Below are positions 40,390-49,235 of a stretch of DNA of 51,245 nucleotides, piece by piece. Where the stretch lies: assembly GCA_023485405.1 (NCBI GenBank), contig JAMCZU010000002.1, positions 1 through 51,245 on the forward strand. The letters are read 5' to 3'. How positions within the stretch are numbered: position 1 is the stretch's first letter; each line of letters begins with the position of its first letter. The position numbers and the translations under genes were made by a program. The stretch comes from Patescibacteria group bacterium (GTDB taxonomy: Bacteria > Patescibacteriota > UBA1384 > UBA12157 > JAENIV01). Under the pieces are notes generated by a model. It saw only the letters and a list, made by a program, of their open reading frames with translations. It was not told the DNA's origin and did not search any database.

Positions 40390-40914
40390 TTACTCCTTTA
40401 AAAGCTCATCGAGCTTTTCGTCTAAAGCCTTGAGACGTTCTTCTTCACCTAATTCAATTTCTGGTTTTTCTACTTTCTTAGGTTTAACAGCAGGAATTTG
40501 AACTTTCTTTGGTGTTTTTATTTCTTTTTTTGCTTTTTCTGTTTCGACTTCTTTTTCAATTTCAGTTATTTTCTTTTCTTCTTCTGGTTTTGGTTTTTCC
40601 TCAGTTGGTAATTCTTCTTTTTTTGTTATTTTCGTTGAAGTTTCTTTTTTCTTAAAAATAACAATTAAGTGTCTTAAAATTTCATCTTTAAGATTAAGCT
40701 TGCGGTTAAGTTCAATGATTTTTTCCGGGTCTATCTCAAGAACAACGGTAGTAAAATAAGCTTCTTTTTCTTTTTGAATTTTATAAGAAAGCTGTTTTTG
40801 ACCCAATGTTGAGGTAGAAATAATTTTTCCATCCAAAGCTTCAATTTCTTTTGAGACTGGTTTTTCTTTTAAATCTTCCTTTGTGAGGAAGGTAATTTCA
40901 TATTGTTTATTCAT
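40390..40914 (-). CDS. rpsF: 30S ribosomal protein S6 with charged C-terminal extension
   Basis: 'YEITF', 'LGQKQLSYKI', 'ILRHLIV'; rpsF-ssb-rpsR order. Confidence 0.93.
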   Translation of the reverse strand: MNKQYEITFLTKEDLKEKPVSKEIEALDGKIISTSTLGQKQLSYKIQKEKEAYFTTVVLEIDPEKIIELNRKLNLKDEILRHLIVIFKKKETSTKITKKEELPTEEKPKPEEEKKITEIEKEVETEKAKKEIKTPKKVQIPAVKPKKVEKPEIELGEEERLKALDEKLDELLKE

Positions 40915-41036
40915 TGCTTTTTAAATATACCAGAGAAAAGTTTATTTTGCAAGGGTTTACTCTTGAAAAAAATAACCAGTTATGATATAAATCTATTAGA
41001 TATATCATTTCTCTATTAATCCAGGGGGATGACGAG

Positions 41037-41222
41037 ATGAAAAAGGTGACAGTTGATCTTGAGAAAACAAGAATTAATCATCTTATAGAGATGATATACA
41101 AGGAAAATGATATTAAATCTGAGGATAGCGAGTCCGATCTTGAGATTGAATTGGGTCATATTATGGGGGATATTAACGTACTAAGCGAGGTCTGGATGTC
41201 TTATCCTACCAGATCATGGTAG
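41037..41222 (+). CDS. Small hypothetical protein
   Basis: TTGAAA-17-TATGAT promoter, AGGGGG SD, terminator after stop. Confidence 0.55.
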   Translation: MKKVTVDLEKTRINHLIEMIYKENDIKSEDSESDLEIELGHIMGDINVLSEVWMSYPTRSW

Positions 41223-41251
41223 CGGGCTGTTTTAGATAGTCCGCTTTTTTT
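41221..41251 (+). terminator. Intrinsic terminator
   Basis: AGCGGGCTGT..ATAGTCCGCT followed by a T-tract. Confidence 0.7.
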
Positions 41252-42353
41252 AAACATTAAATCTAAAGAGCATTACATCGCCGTCTTGGGCGATATAAGT
41301 TTTGCCTTCGGTTTTAATCAGGCCTTTTTCTTTGCAATTTTGCCAGCCTTGATGCTCAACAAAATCATTATACTTTATTACATCGGCGGCAATAAATCCG
41401 CGTTCAAAATCGGTGTGAATTTTGCCGGCCGCTTGCGGCGCGGTCGAATTTTTGACAATGGTCCAAGCACGAGTTTCTTTTTCACCGGAAGTAAAAAAAG
41501 TAATCAGTCCCAGTGTAACATAGGCGGCCGAAATTAAGCGATTAAGGCCGCTTTCTTTCAAATTTAAAGATTCTAAAAATTCTTTTTGGTCGGCGTCATT
41601 TAATTCACCAAGCTCTGATTCAATTTTAGCCGAAATGGGGATTAGAGCCTCGGGATTTTTAATTAGTTCACCTAAATGATATTTTTCAATTAATTCTTCG
41701 GGTTTTGCGGTGGCCATTTCTTCTGAAACATTGGCAATATATAAAACCGGTTTTGAAGTAATAAATTGAAATTCACAAATTGGTTCTAGATCTTCACTGT
41801 TAGGAAAAATAGCCCAAATAGGCATTTCTTCTTCGAGTCCAGCTTTAATTTTTTCTAAAATTGCTATTTTCTTTTTGGTTTCGTTATCCCCGGGTTTGAG
41901 ATTCTTTTGCATTCTCTCTAGTGTTTTTTCAGCCAGGGCCAAGTCGGCCAGAATTAATTCAAGATTAATGGTTTTTATATCTTCGGCCGGGTTAATTTGA
42001 CCGCCGACATGAATAATATCAGGGTTTTCAAAAAATCTAATCACCATCGCAATTGCGTCTGTTTCTTTGATGTGGCTGAGAAATTGGTTACCTAAACCCT
42101 CGCCTTTGTGAGCGCCTTTGACGAGTCCGGCGATATCAATAAAATCAATGGTGGTGGGGACAGTTTTTTGGCTTTTAGAGATTTCTGTTAATTTTTCCAA
42201 CCGAACGTCGGGTACTTCAACCACGCCGACATTGGGGTCAATGGTGCAAAAAGGATAATTACTTGCTTCAGCTTGGGCGTTTTTAACCAAAGCATTAAAT
42301 AATGTCGATTTCCCCACATTTGGTAATCCCACAATTCCAATACTTAAACTCAT
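41250..42353 (-). CDS. ychF: Redox-regulated ATPase YchF
   Basis: 'GLPNVGKST', 'NYPFCTIDPN', 'DIAGLVKGA', 'IHTDFERGFI'. Confidence 0.98.
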   Translation of the reverse strand: MSLSIGIVGLPNVGKSTLFNALVKNAQAEASNYPFCTIDPNVGVVEVPDVRLEKLTEISKSQKTVPTTIDFIDIAGLVKGAHKGEGLGNQFLSHIKETDAIAMVIRFFENPDIIHVGGQINPAEDIKTINLELILADLALAEKTLERMQKNLKPGDNETKKKIAILEKIKAGLEEEMPIWAIFPNSEDLEPICEFQFITSKPVLYIANVSEEMATAKPEELIEKYHLGELIKNPEALIPISAKIESELGELNDADQKEFLESLNLKESGLNRLISAAYVTLGLITFFTSGEKETRAWTIVKNSTAPQAAGKIHTDFERGFIAADVIKYNDFVEHQGWQNCKEKGLIKTEGKTYIAQDGDVMLFRFNV

Positions 42354-42556
42354 AATTAATATTTCCACGTTAAATTTATTGTTATAAATTTAACTATACC
42401 TTAAATTATTCTATTTGACCAGTAATACATCACCTATGAGGTGATGTGTGATACGAAAAAATTTTTTCTTGCAAGAATTAACTAAATAATAGTATAATTA
42501 AAGCGTCTTTTAACCATGGCAATGTTGGAATGTTGGTGAGTTAGGAGGACAAGAGA

Positions 42557-43042
42557 ATGTCTGTCAAGCAGATTCTCAACATTGGCGAGTCAAGACAGGT
42601 AAAAAACGTCCAAGAAAGTGGACGAATCTTAAGAAGAGTGGTAGACAGTAATCGCACCAAGAGTGTACACGATTTGAGGCAAGAATTGGGTGGAAAACTT
42701 GAAACACTGGACTTTATTAATGAAGATCAACAGAATACTCTCAAATTGATCCTTGGTGAAGCATTAACAAATGCTTGCTGTTATACCCTGGACCAACGGC
42801 CAATTGAGATCGCTTGGGAGAGTTCTCCTTCTGATCTTCAGTTGAGGATTACTAATTCGAATAGGAACCACAAGAGTCAATTAGTAGCTCTTCCTGAAGA
42901 TTGTCTATCGGAGCATGGTCGAGGGATAGTCTTAATCGAAGAGTTGGCCAAGTGCCTAGTAGGTGAGGCAGGGCTTCATACCGGCTGCAGCTTATGCAGT
43001 AGTTTTAATCGGACGGTATTCCGAATAAATATTGGTTTTTAG
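42557..43042 (+). CDS. RsbW-like ATP-binding (HATPase_c) protein
   Basis: 'LILGEALTNA', 'EHGRGIVLIEEL'; AGGAGG SD. Confidence 0.75.
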   Translation: MSVKQILNIGESRQVKNVQESGRILRRVVDSNRTKSVHDLRQELGGKLETLDFINEDQQNTLKLILGEALTNACCYTLDQRPIEIAWESSPSDLQLRITNSNRNHKSQLVALPEDCLSEHGRGIVLIEELAKCLVGEAGLHTGCSLCSSFNRTVFRINIGF

Positions 43043-43989
43043 CGCTCATTAGCTCCGTCGTCTTGGCGGGGCTTTCTATTTCTTAGCCCATGAAAAGCTT
43101 GGTGAACTTCATATAAATTTTTATCGGTGACGTGAGTATAAATTTGGGTCGTCGCAATATTTTCATGGCCAAGTAATGACTGAACAGCCCGCAAATCAGA
43201 ACCAGAAAAAAGTAAATCGGTGGCGAAAGTATGTCTTAACGAATGCGGCGTAATTATTTTTGTAATCCCGCTTGCTTTGGCATATTTTCTGATCATTCGC
43301 TGAACAGAGCGCGGAGTTATGCCTTTTGCTTGGTGTTTAATATCAATTTCTGATTTATTAGTATGCCCATAAGAGACGAAAAGATATTCCGATTGATCGG
43401 TTCGAATATTTAAATATTTTTGCAGCGATAATTTAGCGTTCTCATCTAAAAAGACTACTCGGATTTTTCCTCCCTTTCCTTTAATTGAAAATTCTGGTTT
43501 TTTAAGATTAATGTCATCTTTTTTAAGACTGCAAAGTTCTGAAACACGAAGGCCGGTTGAAAAAAATAAGTCTAGGATAGCTTTGTCTCGTAATCCTTGA
43601 ATAGTTTTCAAATCGGGTTGATTTAATAACACATCCAGTTCATCGTCGGTGAGAAAAATTAATTCTTTTTGACTGGTTTTAGCTAATTCTATTCTTTCGG
43701 CGGCCAAGACATTGATATTTTTCCTATTTTGTAAAAAAGTTAAAAAGGACCTTAAAGCAATTAAATAATAATTTTGGGTGCTCTTAGAAATATTTGTTCT
43801 GTTAAGCGCTAAGCGAAATTTTCTGATTAAATCTAAATCGATTTTTTCCGGATTTTCGATTTGGTTTTCTTTAGCAAAAACGCTAAATGTTCGTAGATAA
43901 CGATCGTAATTTTTAGTACTAGCAATAGTGCGGCCTTTTTCAACCTCCATATATTCTAAAAAATCGGTAATCAGAGAATTTATTGACAT
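43039..43989 (-). CDS. Xer-family tyrosine recombinase
   Basis: 'TGLRVSEL', 'KGKGGK.R', 'HSLRHTFAT', 'LGH..TTQIY'. Confidence 0.94.
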   Translation of the reverse strand: MSINSLITDFLEYMEVEKGRTIASTKNYDRYLRTFSVFAKENQIENPEKIDLDLIRKFRLALNRTNISKSTQNYYLIALRSFLTFLQNRKNINVLAAERIELAKTSQKELIFLTDDELDVLLNQPDLKTIQGLRDKAILDLFFSTGLRVSELCSLKKDDINLKKPEFSIKGKGGKIRVVFLDENAKLSLQKYLNIRTDQSEYLFVSYGHTNKSEIDIKHQAKGITPRSVQRMIRKYAKASGITKIITPHSLRHTFATDLLFSGSDLRAVQSLLGHENIATTQIYTHVTDKNLYEVHQAFHGLRNRKPRQDDGANER

Positions 43990-43995
43990 AATTAA

Positions 43996-44046
43996 ATTTT
44001 ACGACGCATTTTCTTTATTGTCAAAAAGAAATAATTCTGATAAGTT
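43996..44046. promoter_or_regulatory. Divergent overlapping promoters: TTGACA-17-TAAAAT (-, xer, leaderless) and TTGTCA-17-TAAGTT (+)
   Basis: Shared TTGTCAA at 44018-44024. Confidence 0.6.
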
Positions 44047-44071
44047 TAGAAGAGAAAGAAAGGTATTAAAA

Positions 44072-44644
44072 ATGATCCATCAAATAACTGCCATTGACGA
44101 AAGAATTGTTTTAAGTTTAAACTCTTTTTTTGCCAAGCATAGTAACACAATTATTGATAAATTTTTTGCGGAGTACCTGATTTATTCTTTACCGGTTATT
44201 TTACTTGTTTTATGGTTTTACTCAAAGGATTCAAAAAAAGTCACACTACGAGCTTTGTTTTCGGTTATTTTGGCTTGGCCGATTTTGGCTTATACGATTG
44301 GCAATTTAATTAACCGACCCCGGCCTTTTGAGATCACCGGGATTCAAGAATTGGTTTTTCATCGGCCGGATTATTCTTTTCCTTCAGATCATGCTAGCGC
44401 TCTTTTTGCCGTCGCTTTTTCTTTGTGGTTTTCTGGGTATAAGAAATTGGCTTGGGCAATATTAGCTATGGCGATTGTCGTTTCTTTCTTTAGGGTGGCC
44501 ACAGCGATTCATTTCCCAACTGATATTTTAGGTGGATTGGCCATTGGACTGCTTTCTGCTTATTTAATTGATCTTTTTGACAAGCCATTAAATATTATTT
44601 ACAGTTTTATTTTAAAAATTTGTCGAGTTTTGCATTTAGCCTAA
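44072..44644 (+). CDS. PAP2-family phosphatase (BcrC-like undecaprenyl-diphosphatase)
   Basis: 'RPRPF', 'SFPSDHA', 'RVATAIHFPTDILGG'; start ATG 44072. Confidence 0.9.
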   Translation: MIHQITAIDERIVLSLNSFFAKHSNTIIDKFFAEYLIYSLPVILLVLWFYSKDSKKVTLRALFSVILAWPILAYTIGNLINRPRPFEITGIQELVFHRPDYSFPSDHASALFAVAFSLWFSGYKKLAWAILAMAIVVSFFRVATAIHFPTDILGGLAIGLLSAYLIDLFDKPLNIIYSFILKICRVLHLA

Positions 44645-44656
44645 AAAGGCGGTTTT

Positions 44657-45262
44657 ATTAACAAAAATGTTCATAAATTTATTGATTACGTAGCTTTTGT
44701 CATCTCGGCCTTTTTTAGTCCTTATGTTACAGCCCTAGTTTTTATTATTTTAATTAGCTATCACTATTCTCGTAATTTAAGTCAGTTTTTACCTTGGATG
44801 ATCACATTTTTACTATTTGCGATCATTATCCCTGGTTTTTATGTTTTATGGCTATTGGAATCTCGGCAGATTCGCGATCTTCATATTTCTGATAAAAATG
44901 ATCGAAAAATCCCTTTTCTTTTAGCCGGTGTTTCGTCAGTGATTGGTGCTTTCTTACTTTTTATTTTAGGCGCGGCCAAACCCGTGACAGTAATCGGCGC
45001 GGCTTATGCGATTAATGTTGTCGGAGTGGCACTTCTGACTCAAGTGTGGAAAGTGAGTATTCATACGGCTCTTTTTTCAGCAATTGCGACGATTTCGGTT
45101 ATTCTTTTTGGCATTCATCTATGGTGGTTGTATTTGTTTTTAATCCCTTTAGCGTGGTCGAGGATTCATCGGAAACGGCATACTATCTGGCAAGCGGTGG
45201 CGGGATCTTTAATCGCTTTCGTTTTAACGGCCGCTACTTTTTGGTTTTTCGGCTACCTTTAA
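44657..45262 (+). CDS. PAP2-superfamily membrane protein, possible ATT start
   Basis: 'WKVSIH', 'WSRIHRKRHT..QAVAG'; frame is open from 44645 and encodes an extra TM helix upstream of ATG 44798. Confidence 0.7.
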   Translation: MNKNVHKFIDYVAFVISAFFSPYVTALVFIILISYHYSRNLSQFLPWMITFLLFAIIIPGFYVLWLLESRQIRDLHISDKNDRKIPFLLAGVSSVIGAFLLFILGAAKPVTVIGAAYAINVVGVALLTQVWKVSIHTALFSAIATISVILFGIHLWWLYLFLIPLAWSRIHRKRHTIWQAVAGSLIAFVLTAATFWFFGYL

Positions 45263-45270
45263 TATCCACA

Positions 45271-45355
45271 CTAATAACTAATTAAAACTAATAACGAATA
45301 TCGAATTATCAATGATGTAGAACAGTATTAGTTATTAGTTAAGATTCGTTATTAG
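45271..45355. repeat. CTAATAA/TTATTAG heptamer inverted-repeat element
   Basis: CTAATAACTAAT ... ATTAGTTATTAG ... TTCGTTATTAG. Confidence 0.7.
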
Positions 45356-45364
45356 CGAGGTAAT

Positions 45365-45985
45365 ATGGCAAGTATTATTTTATCCACAATTGCATCTTGG
45401 ATTATGGGGGTAATTAGTACCCTTGGCTATGGTGGAGTAGCTCTTTTAATGGCGATTGAATCAGCTAATATTCCACTACCTTCAGAAATAATTATGCCTT
45501 TTTCTGGATTTTTAGTGGCCAAAGGTGAACTGAATCTTTGGTTAGTGGGACTCTCTGGTGCTATTGGCTGTGTGATTGGTTCAATTTTTTCTTATTGGTT
45601 GGGAGCGTGGGGTGGTAGACCATTAATCGAAAAATATGGTAAATATATTTTTATTTCTCATCACGATTTGGATTTAGCGGATAAATGGTTTAAAAAACAT
45701 GGTGAAGTCACCGTTTTTGTGGGAAGACTTTTACCAGTAATTAGAACATTTATTTCTTTTCCGGCAGGCATTGCCAGAATGAATTTTTGGCGATTTGTGG
45801 TTTATTCTTTTTTAGGGTCTTTACCGTGGTCGCTGGCTTTGGCTTTTATTGGTCAAAAATTAGGCGAAAACTGGGAAAGCCTGCGTCGCTATTTTCATGG
45901 ATTTGATTGGGTTATTCTAGGACTAATAGTGATTGGTATTATTTGGTGGATCAGAAGACATCTAAAGCAAAATTCTAAGCACTAA
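45365..45985 (+). CDS. DedA-family membrane protein
   Basis: 'IESANIPLPSEIIMPFSG', 'GRLLPVIRTFISFPAG'. Confidence 0.95.
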   Translation: MASIILSTIASWIMGVISTLGYGGVALLMAIESANIPLPSEIIMPFSGFLVAKGELNLWLVGLSGAIGCVIGSIFSYWLGAWGGRPLIEKYGKYIFISHHDLDLADKWFKKHGEVTVFVGRLLPVIRTFISFPAGIARMNFWRFVVYSFLGSLPWSLALAFIGQKLGENWESLRRYFHGFDWVILGLIVIGIIWWIRRHLKQNSKH

Positions 45986-46626
45986 TCAATGGACATATCT
46001 TCAGGTTCTTCTTCTTTGCCGTCATATTGGCTTGGAGCAGTTTTATCATCTGGTGATTTAAAACGATCTTCATTTTTTGACTTATCTTCTACTGGTGGTT
46101 CTTGGGAAAATTGAACATCAATTTTATCACCTTGGGGTGACGGTGTTGGTGTGGTTTTGGATGGTACAGGATTACTAGGAGGTGGCGTGGATGTTTGGCT
46201 GGCAATAGCCACTGGAGCAGGGTTCTGAACAGAAGGTTTAGGTGGTTGTGGTGCGGCAAACCCAGCTGGTTTGGGTGATTCAGCTTTAGTTAGTGGTGCT
46301 ACTGGTGGTTTCGGTGGAGGTGGAGGAGTGGTTTGAATTGGTGGTGTCGGATTCGGCGTCACAGGTTTTGAATGTTCGACCATTGGTGGTAAGCCCACTT
46401 TTTCCGGCGCCTTTTTAATTTCTTCTTTCACATTTTCAACTTTTGCTTCACCGCCAGTGATATGTTCTAAATATTTTACATCAACAATCGCCACGGCTGG
46501 TTTGCCGCCTTTGGTGAGAACATAGAGTTTGTCTTTTTGGACTTCGTTAACAATTTGAGAAAAATGATCACGTGCCTCAGTTAGGGGAATGATATTCTCT
46601 AATGAAACCTTGAGTGGATTTTCCAT
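45982..46626 (-). CDS. Phd/YefM antitoxin-domain protein with long Pro-rich tail
   Basis: 'IIPLTEARDHFSQIVNEV..VLTKGGKPAVAIV'. Confidence 0.85.
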   Translation of the reverse strand: MENPLKVSLENIIPLTEARDHFSQIVNEVQKDKLYVLTKGGKPAVAIVDVKYLEHITGGEAKVENVKEEIKKAPEKVGLPPMVEHSKPVTPNPTPPIQTTPPPPPKPPVAPLTKAESPKPAGFAAPQPPKPSVQNPAPVAIASQTSTPPPSNPVPSKTTPTPSPQGDKIDVQFSQEPPVEDKSKNEDRFKSPDDKTAPSQYDGKEEEPEDMSID

Positions 46627-46724
46627 AAAAACCTCCTTTTAAATGGTCATTTTAATCATATAATGTGATTGATTTTTCGTCAAGATTATTCTAGAATAAA
46701 GAAGGGTCTTTTGAGGTCAAGGCC

Positions 46725-46753
46725 TTGACAAATCACCACTTTTGTGGTATAGT
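46725..46753 (+). promoter_or_regulatory. Promoter TTGACA-17-TATAGT
   Basis: Near consensus; ACCAC-TTTT-GTGGT in the spacer. Confidence 0.75.
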
Positions 46754-46805
46754 ATATGGTTCGAAAGAAAATCAGATACTCTGTACAGGGAGGTAAGAGA
46801 TAATT

Positions 46806-47102
46806 ATGGGAAAGATAGCTTTGGTGGTTCTGGTTGTAATAGCGGTATTTTTTGGCCTGGCTTGGGTTGTCAACGGTTATCCGGTTTGGCGGCTCGAGTA
46901 TCTGCAGCCAACTGGTCATTGGGACTTTGGGAACTTGCTCTTAATGTATTCGTATCTTATTTTCATAGTCCATGACTGGTTAACTTGCACAATTGTGGGA
47001 GTGATGGTAATTATTGCCGGGGCTTTAGTCTGGCATTATGGTCGTTCTGATAAACCATCTCCGCCCCCGAGTTACAGATTTAAAACATTCTTAGACGGCT
47101 AG
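46806..47102 (+). CDS. Small membrane protein
   Basis: GGAGGT SD, hydrophobic segments, own promoter and terminator. Confidence 0.7.
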   Translation: MGKIALVVLVVIAVFFGLAWVVNGYPVWRLEYLQPTGHWDFGNLLLMYSYLIFIVHDWLTCTIVGVMVIIAGALVWHYGRSDKPSPPPSYRFKTFLDG

Positions 47103-47131
47103 TAAAGCCGCGTGTTTTTTCTTCTTTCATT

Positions 47132-47164
47132 GGGGCCCCGGCATTATGTCCGGGGTCTTTTTTT
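47132..47164 (+). terminator. Intrinsic terminator
   Basis: GGCCCCGG-CATTATGT-CCGGGGTC followed by T7. Confidence 0.8.
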
Positions 47165-47169
47165 AAATA

Positions 47170-47287
47170 AAATAATGGCCCAGTGGTAGTCAGCCTGTCT
47201 GGGCCAAAGAGATAGATCCCGGCCTCACTTGGGAGACAGTATTAGTCTGGAAGCAAGGTTAGACGCGGGATATTGGGTATAAACCCT
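47170..47287 (-). ncRNA. Candidate structured ncRNA
   Basis: TTGACA-16-TACAAT at 47320-47293, long hairpin ATCCCG..CGGGAT, terminal TGGCCCAG/CTGGGCCA hairpin plus U-rich tract. Confidence 0.35.
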
Positions 47288-47366
47288 TTTTCATTGTAAG
47301 AGTCAATTATATCTTGTCAACATTCAAAAATTTGAAATTTAAAAAATTTTCAGGTATATTTAACAT

Positions 47367-48641
47367 ATGTTAAATCATAAATTAACTATTCTTTCTAATG
47401 GCTTAAGACTTATTACAGCACCACTGGAAAATACCAAAGCAGTGACTGTACTCTTTTTAGTGGGCGTTGGTTCTCGTTATGAAACGAAAGATCTTAATGG
47501 TATCTCTCATTTTTTAGAACATATGTTTTTTAAGGGAACGGCTAAGCGTCCAAAAACCATTGATATTGCTAAAGCGCTTGATGCCGTCGGCGCCAGTTAC
47601 AATGCTTTTACTTCTGAAGAAAACACTGGTTTTTTTGTGAGAGCCGCCTCCGAACATTTTGAACTCGCTTTAGATATTTTGTTTGATATGCTTTATAACT
47701 CTACTTTTAAAGATGAAGAAATCGAACGCGAAAAAGGAGTAATTATTGAAGAGATTAATATGTATCAAGATCTGCCTCAAAGTTATATTTCAGAGGTGGC
47801 TAAACAGCTTTTTTATGGTGATCAACCTTTGGGTTGGCAAACAACGGGTCTTAAAGAAACGGTCCAAAAATTTTCAAGAAAAGATTTCGTCAATTATCGT
47901 GATAAATTTTATACGCCAGAGAATATGATTGTAGCGATTGCCGGCGGGAAAAATAGTGTGCCTTGGCAAGAAAAAATTCAAGAATTTTTTCAAAAAGTCG
48001 AGTCAAAAAAGAAGGCAGATTATATTAAAATTGAAGAAAATCAAACAAAACCAGGGTTAAAAATCCATTTTAAAAAAACTGATCAAGCTCATTTAATTTT
48101 AGGTTTTCGCACTATTGCGCGAACTAGTCCAGAGCGTCCGGTTTTAAGAGTTTTAAATAATATTTTTGGTGAAACAATGTCTTCCAGGCTCTTTACGGAA
48201 GTGCGAGAACGAAGAGGCCTCGCTTATTATGTTTCTTCAGAGATGGCCGATTTTCAAGATGCGGGTGTTTTTGGCGCAGCAGCCGGAGTGGATATTTCCC
48301 GGGCCGAAGAAGCGGTTAAAGTTATCTTAGAAGAATTTAATAGATTAAAGAAAGAAGAAGTGGCATTTGAAGAACTTCAAAGAGCTAAAGAAAATCTTAA
48401 AGGACGAATGTATTTGAGTCTGGAAGAGTCTTTTGCGGTGGCGGAATTTCTAGCCGAGCAGAAACTCTTTTGGGATAAAATTGAGCAACCAGAAGATTTA
48501 ATTAAAAAATATGAAAAAGTAACTGCTTCAGATATTAAAAAATTTGCTAATGATTATTTTGTAGGAAAAAACTTAAATTTAGCGATGATTGGTCCGTTTC
48601 AAGACAAGGCCAATTTTCAAAAATTACTAGAAAGATTCTAA
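47367..48641 (+). CDS. M16-family zinc peptidase
   Basis: 'GISHFLEHMFFKGT', 'SSRLFTEVRERRGLAY'. Confidence 0.95.
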   Translation: MLNHKLTILSNGLRLITAPLENTKAVTVLFLVGVGSRYETKDLNGISHFLEHMFFKGTAKRPKTIDIAKALDAVGASYNAFTSEENTGFFVRAASEHFELALDILFDMLYNSTFKDEEIEREKGVIIEEINMYQDLPQSYISEVAKQLFYGDQPLGWQTTGLKETVQKFSRKDFVNYRDKFYTPENMIVAIAGGKNSVPWQEKIQEFFQKVESKKKADYIKIEENQTKPGLKIHFKKTDQAHLILGFRTIARTSPERPVLRVLNNIFGETMSSRLFTEVRERRGLAYYVSSEMADFQDAGVFGAAAGVDISRAEEAVKVILEEFNRLKKEEVAFEELQRAKENLKGRMYLSLEESFAVAEFLAEQKLFWDKIEQPEDLIKKYEKVTASDIKKFANDYFVGKNLNLAMIGPFQDKANFQKLLERF

Positions 48642-49235
48642 ATGCCTAAAGAAAGAACTTTAATTGCGATTAAGCCGGAATCAATCCAAAGACATCTTAT
48701 TGGTGAATTTATCTCCAAATTTGAGAAGCGAGGTTTGAAGCTAGTTGCTTGTAAAATGATTGCGCCGACAAAAGAACAAGTTGGCAAGCATTATCCGGAT
48801 GATGAGGAATGGTATGTTTCTAATGGTACTAAAACTTATGAAAACTATAAATCAAAAGGTATTGATCCTGGTATGGGTCCGATTGATTTAGCGAAACTTA
48901 CTCGGAGTCGGCTAATGGAACATTTAACTGATCGTCCGGTAATATTTATGGTTTGGCAAGGTCCTCATGCCTGTGCTTTAGGACGTAAAACTGCCGGTGC
49001 GACTAATCCACTGGTGGCTGATATTGGCTCTATCCGTGGAGACTATTCCATGGAAAGTTACGAATTATCCGATGGTTTGGGCCGAGTAATTCATACTTTA
49101 ATTCATGCTTCCGGCTCACCCGAAGAAGCCGAAAAAGAAATTGCGATTTGGTTTAAAAAAGAAGAAATCCTTGATTACGATTTAGTGATGGAAGATGTTT
49201 TATACACTAAAAATTGGGGCAAAATTAAAAAATGA
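48642..49235 (+). CDS. ndk: Nucleoside-diphosphate kinase
   Basis: 'ERTLIAIKP', 'GSIRGDY', 'IHASGS'. Confidence 0.93.
   Translation: MPKERTLIAIKPESIQRHLIGEFISKFEKRGLKLVACKMIAPTKEQVGKHYPDDEEWYVSNGTKTYENYKSKGIDPGMGPIDLAKLTRSRLMEHLTDRPVIFMVWQGPHACALGRKTAGATNPLVADIGSIRGDYSMESYELSDGLGRVIHTLIHASGSPEEAEKEIAIWFKKEEILDYDLVMEDVLYTKNWGKIKK

Noticed and set aside
43039-43989. Tyrosine recombinase as prophage, integron or island integrase
   Set aside because: XerC/D-like length and motifs, housekeeping neighbours, no att repeats, attC array or phage genes seen
46686-46975. ORFs 46686..46919 (-) and 46742..46975 (+)
   Set aside because: They overlap the promoter and the better-supported 46806..47102 gene
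47216-47271. SRP RNA or known riboswitch
   Set aside because: Lacks the SRP domain IV motif; I recognise no riboswitch consensus, so it is kept only as an unknown candidate
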